Shown piece after piece: positions 54,676 through 64,000 of a stretch of DNA of 64,000 nt; positions within the stretch are counted from its first letter, which is position 1, and every line of letters starts with the position of its first letter. The notes beneath the pieces are model-generated. The model had not been told where the DNA came from and did not search any database. It was given only the letters and a program-made list of their open reading frames with translations. The stretch lies in NCBI GenBank assembly GCA_043823085.1, contig JBDRBE010000003.1:19822-83821 (forward strand), read 5' to 3'. The stretch is from Candidatus Levyibacteriota bacterium. Lineage in GTDB: Bacteria > Patescibacteriota > Microgenomatia > Levybacterales > UBA12049. A program made the translations under genes and the position numbers.

Positions 54676-55740
54676 TTAATTACAGGAGGCGACGCCAGAA
54701 TTAGTACTTGCGGCTTGCGTAGTATCGCCAAAACCTGGCGCCGGTTCGTCTGTTGGAAGTTTATTATTGCATTCACTTGGACTATTTGTAAAAGCAGAGC
54801 AAATAGCTTCTAAAAGACCTTGTGGGTCTCTTGATGAATTTGAAGTTACTCCATTTATCACTAGAGTCGGGGAGCCTTGAACTCCATATTTTGTGTTGTC
54901 GTTTTTATTTACATCAAAAGGAGGAAATTGACTATTGCTCCAGGAATTTTTGTCATTAAATTTTTCTTTGATTTTAAACTGCGAATCGGTTTGGGCAACA
55001 CAATTATTAATAGTTGTTAAATCAAGATTACTATTGCAGTCATTAGTATTTCCGCTTTGGAGAAAGCATTTTAGATAATTGTTCAGTTCGCTTGGCTGAT
55101 TTTTTTCTATACAATACTGTTTGAGATTTTCGTCAATTTCTTTTTCGCCATGCATGGCGTAGCTGACAAATTTAAGCGCAAAGTTAATTTTTTGCCCAAG
55201 AGCATCCAAAACAGGAAGTATTCCTTTTTCCATTTGCGTGCCATAAGGGCAGTAACTCATGACAAAAAGTTCAATAACTGGTTTGTCATTTTTGGGAACA
55301 GGTTTTTGGGCTGCTTGTGAAGCTTGAGCACCTTGTACGGCCGTTTTTCCCAAATCCGCCACTTTTATCCCCGAGCTAAATAAAAGCGCTCCGTCTTTGG
55401 TAATATAAGAAATATATTTTTTGGCATTTGCGCCTTCGCCAAGGGTAAGTTCAAATTCATAGATACCACTTGATTCTTTAAGATTATCAACAGTAAACTT
55501 TGTGCCGGGAGTGATTATTTTTTCAATCGCAGAAGGAATAGTTTTGCTTTTGAAAGTTTCAAAATTGTTTTTTTGGTCAATGTTTGTTTTAAGATAAAAT
55601 CCGACACCAAATAAAATAACAAGTGGGATAAGAAAAAGATAGGATTTGAGTTTGAATTTGGGCCTTGCTTTTCTTGGCATTGGAGATAAATTGTAGTTTA
55701 CCCAAAAGTTATTGTCAATAATAAAAAATTCCTCTTGCAC
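54676..55740 (-). CDS. secreted thioredoxin-fold / DsbA-like thiol-disulfide oxidoreductase with a Cys-rich C-terminal tail
   Basis: N-terminal TM anchor, CxxC active site SYCPYG in thioredoxin-fold context, and a C-terminus with many Cys, Asn and Ser. Confidence 0.55.
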   Translation of the reverse strand: MQEEFFIIDNNFWVNYNLSPMPRKARPKFKLKSYLFLIPLVILFGVGFYLKTNIDQKNNFETFKSKTIPSAIEKIITPGTKFTVDNLKESSGIYEFELTLGEGANAKKYISYITKDGALLFSSGIKVADLGKTAVQGAQASQAAQKPVPKNDKPVIELFVMSYCPYGTQMEKGILPVLDALGQKINFALKFVSYAMHGEKEIDENLKQYCIEKNQPSELNNYLKCFLQSGNTNDCNSNLDLTTINNCVAQTDSQFKIKEKFNDKNSWSNSQFPPFDVNKNDNTKYGVQGSPTLVINGVTSNSSRDPQGLLEAICSAFTNSPSECNNKLPTDEPAPGFGDTTQAASTNSGVASCN

Positions 55741-55776
55741 AAATTATTTTTTTTGTTCATACTATTTAATAAACAT

Positions 55777-56526
55777 ATGAGATTACAAAATAAAGTTGCA
55801 ATTGTGACAGGAGGGGGAAGCGGTATTGGCCGGGGAATCGCCATACTTTTTGCCAAAGAAGGAGCAAAAGTTGTGGTTTGCGGAAGAAGACCGGAGGCGT
55901 TGGAAGAGACGGTTAATTTGATTAAACAAAATGGGGGAGAAGCAGTTTTAATTGTTTGTGATGTTTCAAACGCAGAGCAAGTCAACGCTTTAGTAAGTCA
56001 AACAGTCCAACAATTTGGCCGTTTGGATATTTTGGTAAATAATGCCGGAGTATATATTGCTCGTGATGCTCTCTCTGCAACAGAAGAGGAGTGGAATACC
56101 ACCATGTCTATTGATCTTAAAGGTGTTTGGCTTTGCTCGAAAGCGGCAATTCCGCAAATGATAAATGGCGGAGGAGGTAAAATTGTAAACATTGCTTCAA
56201 TTGCAGGACTGGTTGGTTTTGCAGGTTCTGCTTTTTATTGTGCGGCAAAAGGAGCGGTTGTTAATTTAACCCGCGAAATGGCTCTGGACTACGCGTTAAA
56301 GCATATTAATGTCAATGCGATTGCGCCGGGAATTATTGATACGGACATGACAAAACCCTTTTTGCAAGACGAGCAAGCAAAGAAAAGTTTTTTGGATCAA
56401 ACGCCAGTTGGCAGAGTTGGAACACCCGAGGACATTGCTTTTGCCGCAGTTTATCTTGCCTCAAACGAGTCTGATTTTGTTACAGGTCATACCTTGGTTG
56501 TCGATGGGGGATGGACAGCAAAATAG
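55777..56526 (+). CDS. SDR family oxidoreductase (FabG-like)
   Basis: TGGGSGIGRG cofactor motif, NNAG, and catalytic YxxxK (YCAAK). Confidence 0.85.
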   Translation: MRLQNKVAIVTGGGSGIGRGIAILFAKEGAKVVVCGRRPEALEETVNLIKQNGGEAVLIVCDVSNAEQVNALVSQTVQQFGRLDILVNNAGVYIARDALSATEEEWNTTMSIDLKGVWLCSKAAIPQMINGGGGKIVNIASIAGLVGFAGSAFYCAAKGAVVNLTREMALDYALKHINVNAIAPGIIDTDMTKPFLQDEQAKKSFLDQTPVGRVGTPEDIAFAAVYLASNESDFVTGHTLVVDGGWTAK

Positions 56527-56623
56527 CCGCCATTGCTCAATTGCTACATTGTTTCATTGCTAGCAATCGAACAATAGAACAATCTAACAATCGCTTCTTT
56601 TCTGGTGTATAATACTACAAATT

Positions 56624-58195
56624 ATGGATAAACCTTTTTCTCTCTTTGCCGATGTTCTTATTCGTGAGTTTGAAAAAGATGAAACCCCAAGCTCGGGTCG
56701 GAAAATTAGCGTTAATCCAATAGTTTCCAAAGTCGCATCAATATATGAAAAACTGCGAAACGCCATGGATTATCGTGATGAGGAAGTAATTCTTCGGGCG
56801 GCAATCGAGCGAATTCTTAAAAGACGCTTTCTTTTTGGGGGAACGGGAAAAAGTATTGCAGAACCCTTGGTTCGTGAACTTGTTTGGGCAAGATATTTTC
56901 CCGATGAAAGTTTGTCGGAATCAATTATCGAAAAAATAGGAAAAAAAATAGATCTATATTCAAAGCTTCACCAAAATATTCTTTTAAAACACCCCAGTTT
57001 TTCGGAAAAAACGATAAATCAATTAATATATCAATTAATGTCTTCAGACCTTGAACACATCTTGGGAAAGCCTCATAAAAAAGAAGTTATGACCAATTTT
57101 ATTTTTAGAATTATGCGCGAGAATATATCAATAATAGATGACAGCGAACAAACAAGAGATGCTCAAGTTTTTATCGCTATTCATAAAAGTTTTGCCAAAG
57201 ACGATTTGGCGCTTCTTTACTATCATTTATTTAATCAATACTTCGGCGAAATTTCAGAAAAAAATCTTGAGGAGACATCTTCGGATTTTTTAAAAGGGTA
57301 TAGGGAAATTAATTATCAATTGAATTATCCGCGAAAAGACAGAATTTATAATTTTGTTAAAGACAAAACAGCTGTCTTTTTTATCTTAGAAGACTTATTA
57401 AACTTGGAAAAGGGAAATGTCCGCGAGCTTTACAAAAGCGAAAAGGACTTTGATAAAATTGTTTTTGAAATTTGTGAAAGTAGATATGAGGGAATTTCTT
57501 CCAAGGTCCGCCGGGCAATTTTTCGAAGCGTTATTTTTATTCTCTTAACAAAGGCTTTTTTTGCTTTGGCCATTGAGGGAACATATGAAAGCGTTTTTTA
57601 TGGACGAATTTTATGGACTTCAACCCTTTTAAATATTGGAGTACCGCCGTTTCTTATGGCAGCTGTCGGTTTTTTAATAAGAGGGCCAAGTCAAAACAAC
57701 TCAAAGCGAATTTTATCTTATATTAAATTACTTTTAACAAGTGATAGCACAAAATTTAAAAATCCTTTGCAAATTAAGAAAAATCCCGACAAAATAAAAC
57801 CGCTTCTCAATTCAATCTTTACTCTTTTATGGCTGGCAACCTTTCTCTTGGCCTTTGGCATTATTATTTTCTTTTTAGGAAAACTTCATTTTAATATTGT
57901 TAGTCTTGGTATATTTGTTTTTTTCTTGGCGATTGTATCCTTTTTGTCTTATCGAATCAATCAGTCTGCCCATATTTATTCAATAGAGGAGAAGAAAAAT
58001 ATTCTGGCTCCGGTTGTTGATTTCCTGCTTATGCCTTTTGTGCGAGTCGGGAGACACTTAACAGAGGGAATTTCGCAGATTAATCTTTTTATTTTTATTT
58101 TGGATTTTATTATCGAAACGCCTTTTAAAGGACTTTTCGGCTTTTTCGAACAGTGGTTTTTGTTTTTACAAGCCAAAAGAGAGGAATTGGAGTAG
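56624..58195 (+). CDS. hypothetical membrane protein (soluble N-terminal ~300 aa, multi-TM C-terminal region)
   Basis: 523-aa ORF, no recognised motif. The last 34 bp are duplicated at 59071-59104. Confidence 0.45.
   Translation: MDKPFSLFADVLIREFEKDETPSSGRKISVNPIVSKVASIYEKLRNAMDYRDEEVILRAAIERILKRRFLFGGTGKSIAEPLVRELVWARYFPDESLSESIIEKIGKKIDLYSKLHQNILLKHPSFSEKTINQLIYQLMSSDLEHILGKPHKKEVMTNFIFRIMRENISIIDDSEQTRDAQVFIAIHKSFAKDDLALLYYHLFNQYFGEISEKNLEETSSDFLKGYREINYQLNYPRKDRIYNFVKDKTAVFFILEDLLNLEKGNVRELYKSEKDFDKIVFEICESRYEGISSKVRRAIFRSVIFILLTKAFFALAIEGTYESVFYGRILWTSTLLNIGVPPFLMAAVGFLIRGPSQNNSKRILSYIKLLLTSDSTKFKNPLQIKKNPDKIKPLLNSIFTLLWLATFLLAFGIIIFFLGKLHFNIVSLGIFVFFLAIVSFLSYRINQSAHIYSIEEKKNILAPVVDFLLMPFVRVGRHLTEGISQINLFIFILDFIIETPFKGLFGFFEQWFLFLQAKREELE
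58161..58194. repeat. 34-bp direct repeat, copy 1 (ttttt[ag]caagccaaaagagaggaattggagta)
   Basis: The identical string recurs at 59071-59104, and the two copies bracket ORF 58196-59062. Confidence 0.8.
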
Positions 58196-59062
58196 ATGAG
58201 GCTAATGGAGATTTTCGTAAGAACTCGCTTTAAACGTGAGCCCGAAAAACTTCCGGAGGACAAGGATGTTGTTATTATAAGACCCCCGGCAGGAATTAAT
58301 CTAGAAGAGATTGAGGAATTAGCTAGTAAATTAAGATCGAGAAATTTTTTGCCCGTTATAGAACCGGAAGATATGGGATTAGGAGGTATCGCAAGTTCAA
58401 GATTCTGGCCGACAGATCACATCAGGGAAGTTTACCCTTGGATTTTTAGATCAAGGCCGTATAGACCGACAGATTGTATTTTTAAAGATTTAGAAAAAAG
58501 AGGAATTGATTTAAGTCGAGTTAATGAACATATTGTTGATGTCGGGATTTTAAGAGGAGGAGATTATGTTTATCTGGAACAAAACAAAGTTTTTACTTAT
58601 GACAAAGGAAGAGTTTTTAAAGGTAATTCCTCATTAAGAGAGGAGGAAGATAAAGTTAGAAAAGTTTTTAAGATGATGGAGAAAGCAGGATGGGAGCTTA
58701 TTCCTCTTGATATTTCTCGAGGGGAAAAAGACAAGTTGGATCTTGATTTTTTGCTCTCTCTTTTTTTAGGAAAAGATGGAAAAACTCACGCGATTGTACC
58801 CGAAGTATTTTTTTCACAGATCCCATCCGAATTTAAGACGCATACGATATTCGATGAGGAAGTATACTCTGGGGCTTGCAATATTGCCGATTTAAGACGA
58901 GGAACCGTTCTTGTAGTTCCTAATGAAAACCAATCGCCTAGTATCAATCGAATAATTAAAAAATACGTTCACCCGTCAATTGATATTATCGAGGCTCCGC
59001 CTAATTTTTTGGAGAGAGATGGCGGACCAAGATGCTCAATCAGCTCTTTTTCAATAAAATAA
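58196..59062 (+). CDS. hypothetical protein flanked by a 34-bp direct repeat
   Basis: 288-aa ORF, no recognised motif. Confidence 0.45.
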   Translation: MRLMEIFVRTRFKREPEKLPEDKDVVIIRPPAGINLEEIEELASKLRSRNFLPVIEPEDMGLGGIASSRFWPTDHIREVYPWIFRSRPYRPTDCIFKDLEKRGIDLSRVNEHIVDVGILRGGDYVYLEQNKVFTYDKGRVFKGNSSLREEEDKVRKVFKMMEKAGWELIPLDISRGEKDKLDLDFLLSLFLGKDGKTHAIVPEVFFSQIPSEFKTHTIFDEEVYSGACNIADLRRGTVLVVPNENQSPSINRIIKKYVHPSIDIIEAPPNFLERDGGPRCSISSFSIK

Positions 59063-59070
59063 TGATTTTT

Positions 59071-59104
59071 TATTTTTGCAAGCCAAAAGAGAGGAATTGG
59101 AGTA
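59071..59104. repeat. 34-bp direct repeat, copy 2
   Basis: tttttgcaagccaaaagagaggaattggagta. Confidence 0.8.
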
Positions 59105-59107
59105 AGG

Positions 59108-59186
59108 TTTAGAATTCTTGACGTCAAGACCTCAAAAATTCAAGATCAAGAATATCAAGAGTGTCCAACTTCAAAAATTCCAAATA
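59108..59186. repeat. degenerate family A MITE-like element, copy 3
   Basis: gaattcttgacgtcaaga...caacttcaaaaattccaaat shares both termini with the copies at 42311 and 52605. Confidence 0.55.
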
Positions 59187-59226
59187 GTCCTTGCTAGGTG
59201 TTTAATCAAATATTATAATAAGTTAT

Positions 59227-59553
59227 ATGGCAGAAGTAATTATTACCGATCAAAATTTCGAATCAGAAGTTATTAAATCTGACATGCCGGTTCTTGTGGA
59301 TTTTTGGGCGCCGTGGTGCGGGCCATGCCGGATTGTCGGTCCGATTATCGAAGAATTGGCAAAAGAATATGAGGGAAAAGTTAAAATCGGAAAATTAAAT
59401 GTTGACGAAAATTCCGATACTGCGACAAAATATGCGGTGATGAGTATTCCGACTCTTCTTATCTTCAAAAAAGGAAGTCCTTTTAAAACCATGGTCGGCG
59501 CTCTGGCAAAAGAAAATATTAAAAAGGAAATCGATTCAGTAATTAGCGTATAG
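59227..59553 (+). CDS. trxA: thioredoxin
   Basis: Active site WAPWCGPCR. Confidence 0.92.
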   Translation: MAEVIITDQNFESEVIKSDMPVLVDFWAPWCGPCRIVGPIIEELAKEYEGKVKIGKLNVDENSDTATKYAVMSIPTLLIFKKGSPFKTMVGALAKENIKKEIDSVISV

Positions 59554-59620
59554 GGTATAGGGGATAGCGTATAGTTTCCGTTTTAACTATATGCTATACG
59601 CCATTTGCTATACGCTGTTT
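59551..59620. repeat. long hairpin built from GCGTATAG/CTATACGC units between trxA and trxB
   Basis: gcgtatagggtataggggatagcgtatag...ctatatgctatacgccatttgctatacgc. The arms are reverse complements. It may act as a terminator or attenuator. Confidence 0.65.
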
Positions 59621-59625
59621 TTATT

Positions 59626-60567
59626 ATGTATGATGTCATAATTATTGGAAGCGGTCCAGCGGGACTCACTGCTGCAATTTATACCACCCGGGCAAATCTT
59701 AAAACTTTAATTATTGCCGGAAGCCGTTGGGGCGGGCAGTTAATGTTAACTGCTTTAGTTGAAAATTTTCCGGGATTTCCGCAGGGAATTAATGGTCAGG
59801 ATTTAATGGCGGCGATGCGAAAACAGGCCGAGCATTTTGGCGCGGAAATTATAGAAACCGATTTTACCCGCCTTCGCCCCTTCGACTCCGCTCAGGGCTT
59901 CGGCGGGCAAGGCAAAAGTGGCGGATTATTTAAAGTCACAGCCGGCGGGAAAGATTATCAGAGTAAATCAATAATCATTGCAACAGGTGCCGACACAAAA
60001 TGGCTGGGAGTTCGTGGTGAAAAAGAATTAATCGGCCGCGGTGTTTCGACCTGCGCTCCCTGCGACGCGCCGTTTTTTAAAAACAAAAATGTCATTGTGG
60101 TTGGAGGAGGCGATAGTGCCATGGAAGAGGCGCTGGTTTTAAGCGGTTTTGCCAATTCGGTCACTATTGTTCATAGGCGCAATTTGTTCCGTGCAAGCAA
60201 GATAATGATTGGAAAAGTAAAAGAGAATAAAAAAATAAAATTTCTTTTTGACTCAAAAATTGTGGAAGTTTTGGGGAAGGGAAGAGTAAGTGGCGTAAAA
60301 ATTGAAAATGTTAAAACAGGAAAAGTTTCCAAAATGCCGATTGACGGAGTTTTTGTTGCCATTGGTCATATGCCCAATTCATCAGTTTTTAAAAATATTA
60401 ATAAAGACAAAAATGGATATATCAAAGCTTATGAAAATACAAAAACAAATATCGAAGGCGTTTTTGTCGCCGGCGATGTTTATGATCGGCGGTATAAACA
60501 GGCAATCACCGCCGCAGGTTTTGGCTGCCAGGCCGCATTAGATGTAGAAAGATGGTTACGCGGTTGA
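59626..60567 (+). CDS. trxB: thioredoxin-disulfide reductase
   Basis: FAD motif IIIGSGPAGLTAA, redox CAPCDAPFF, and NADPH motif VVGGGDSAMEEA. It contains an in-frame family D insert (59866-59925). Confidence 0.9.
   Translation: MYDVIIIGSGPAGLTAAIYTTRANLKTLIIAGSRWGGQLMLTALVENFPGFPQGINGQDLMAAMRKQAEHFGAEIIETDFTRLRPFDSAQGFGGQGKSGGLFKVTAGGKDYQSKSIIIATGADTKWLGVRGEKELIGRGVSTCAPCDAPFFKNKNVIVVGGGDSAMEEALVLSGFANSVTIVHRRNLFRASKIMIGKVKENKKIKFLFDSKIVEVLGKGRVSGVKIENVKTGKVSKMPIDGVFVAIGHMPNSSVFKNINKDKNGYIKAYENTKTNIEGVFVAGDVYDRRYKQAITAAGFGCQAALDVERWLRG
59866..59925. repeat. family D element in-frame in trxB
   Basis: cccgccttcgccccttcgactccgctcagggcttcggcgggcaaggcaaaagtggcgg, encoding RLRPFDSAQGFGGQGKSGG. 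Confidence 0.65.
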
Positions 60568-60598
60568 CAGGGTTTTTTAGTTCCATTACAATACCTAC

Positions 60599-61147
60599 AT
60601 GACTTCAATTTCTTTGGATGGCATTGACGAAAAATTCCGCGACAAAGTTTCTGTTCAGGATTATTCAAAAAAACCCCAGATCGATGGTGTAAAAATTCTT
60701 GATATTAATAAATTTGTCGGCGAAGACGGCCATTTTTCCGAGCTGATTCATTTTAATGAGAGAGGCGAATGTGAAGAATTTCCCGGATTTAAAGTAGCGC
60801 AGGTAAATCGCGCAAAAGTTTTACCGCATGCCATAAAAGCCTGGCATATTCATTTTAAGCAGGATGAAATTTGGTATGTATATCCGGAAGAACATTTGTT
60901 CGTCGGGCTTTTTGACGTTCGCGAGGGCTCAAAAACCAAAGAAGTTTCAATGAAAGTTGTTCTTGGCGGAAAATCAAGATTGTTATTTATACCAAAAGGT
61001 ATAGCTCATGGATGCGCAAATGTAACAGATAATCCTGCAAATATCTTTTATTTTGTGAGCCAAAAATTTGATATCAAAGATCCAGATGAAAAAAGATTGC
61101 CTTGGGATATTTTGGGAAAAGACTTCTGGGAAGCCAAAAAAGAGTAG
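60599..61147 (+). CDS. dTDP-4-dehydrorhamnose 3,5-epimerase-like cupin
   Basis: RmlC-family motifs (KPQIDGVKILD..., HFSELIHF, FIPKGIAHG). Confidence 0.65.
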   Translation: MTSISLDGIDEKFRDKVSVQDYSKKPQIDGVKILDINKFVGEDGHFSELIHFNERGECEEFPGFKVAQVNRAKVLPHAIKAWHIHFKQDEIWYVYPEEHLFVGLFDVREGSKTKEVSMKVVLGGKSRLLFIPKGIAHGCANVTDNPANIFYFVSQKFDIKDPDEKRLPWDILGKDFWEAKKE

Positions 61148-61411
61148 TTGACAGCTTTAAGGAGCTGTGATAAGATTGACGATGGTCAGCGAAAATCGAT
61201 ATTCAATGATAACGACAAAACAAATAATAAAAAATACCCTCGGGGGTTTTTTGTTGTCTTCGTAAGAATTTAGATTCTTCGTTAACCGGTAAAAATTTCA
61301 ATTAAAGTGGATTCTATTAAGTAGCACATTGTAATAATAATGCGTTTGTCCCGTAAATCTTTGCGAACTGTTTAATGAGCAATTAGATTTACGCGATCCC
61401 GTATTGTCTGC

Positions 61412-61485
61412 GGGCTCGTAGTTCAGCAGGCTAGAACACTTCATTTGCAATGAAGAGGTAGGCGGTTCGAGTCCGCCCGAGTCCA
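61412..61485 (+). tRNA. tRNA-Cys, anticodon GCA
   Basis: Acceptor GGGCTCG/CGAGTCC, D-arm, anticodon stem CTTCA/TGAAG with loop TTTGCAA, and T-arm GGCGG-TTCGAGT-CCGCC. Confidence 0.8.
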
Positions 61486-61496
61486 CATGAATTATG

Positions 61497-61598
61497 GGCA
61501 AAGATAACGGGATCAACGAACTTGTAACTGCTCGCTAAGGCTTGCAGACAATTTCGGGACATCGCGAAGGTCGAGAGTTCGAATCTCTTCCGGTCCAC
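61497..61598 (+). other. tRNA-like element (clean T-arm GAGAG-TTCGAAT-CTCTT plus acceptor-like CCGGTCC-A-CCCA) with no canonical 5' half
   Basis: No complementary 5' acceptor strand (GG[AG][CT][CT]GG) and no D or anticodon arm were found by hand in the preceding 100 nt. Confidence 0.25.
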
Positions 61599-62014
61599 CC
61601 ATTCGACTCTCCGCCAGTTGGCGGATCGCTCAGGGCAAGCAGGATTTTCGTTGATTAGTGCCTAGCGCTGTCTCAATGACGAGACCGCTAGACACTAGTC
61701 AATTAAGACTAGATGGGATTCCGCCTAGCGGCGGAATCTTTGACCCCGCTAGAAACTTACTTGCTCGCAAGGTTTACATCCTTGCCTCGCAAGAGCGTTT
61801 CTATAAGGGTCTGCGTCGCCCGCCACAAATTTGGGTGGGTGTTAAAAATGTACGTCTGAATTAAAACAGAAGTTTTAAATTTATTGAAACTTTTCTGTAA
61901 AGAAATTTGGGCGGGCTCCTTGAAAAGTGAAGAGAAACAAGCCCCATAGAATCTTTCTTCTCGACACGTCAAACGTGCCTCGAAGAGCGATTTGACGGGG
62001 CAAGCGTCTTTAAG

Positions 62015-64000
<1,986 letters not shown>

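Overview
This is a 64 kb low-GC, gene-dense bacterial segment read in the standard genetic code. I infer a small-genome, possibly CPR/Patescibacteria-like lineage from archaeal-type CMK and UMP kinase, an ATP-dependent DNA ligase, an EndoQ-like PHP nuclease, a stand-alone 5'-3' exonuclease, tRNA-Ile(UAU) and a 23S gene not linked to a 16S gene. This is inference only. Content is mostly housekeeping: PBP1A and PBP2, pgk-gap, argG-argH, nrdR-nrdJ, murD, tgt, trpS, ftsH, recF, fpg, pth, trxA-trxB, two or three tRNAs and the 5' ~2 kb of a 23S rRNA gene. A B12-linked block runs nrdR, nrdJ, a cobalamin riboswitch, a PduO-type adenosyltransferase, a second cobalamin riboswitch and an unknown 387-aa protein. 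The most unusual signal is that several families of short repeats sit in-frame inside conserved protein-coding genes, inside the 23S rRNA gene and in spacers, much like Rickettsia palindromic elements. These include a ~125-bp element with terminal inverted repeats, a ~45-bp element seen in all three reading frames, a CTATACGC/GCGTATAG family, a ~140-bp element with terminal inverted repeats (MITE-like), and AT-rich heptamer tandem repeats. Two genes (pgk and an aspartate racemase) carry apparent frameshifts, and the pgk one is caused by a 7-bp tandem duplication. Other oddities are a synonymously recoded duplicate of the first 16 codons of the EndoQ-like gene and a 34-bp direct repeat flanking one hypothetical gene. 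No CRISPR array, insertion sequence or prophage was seen.
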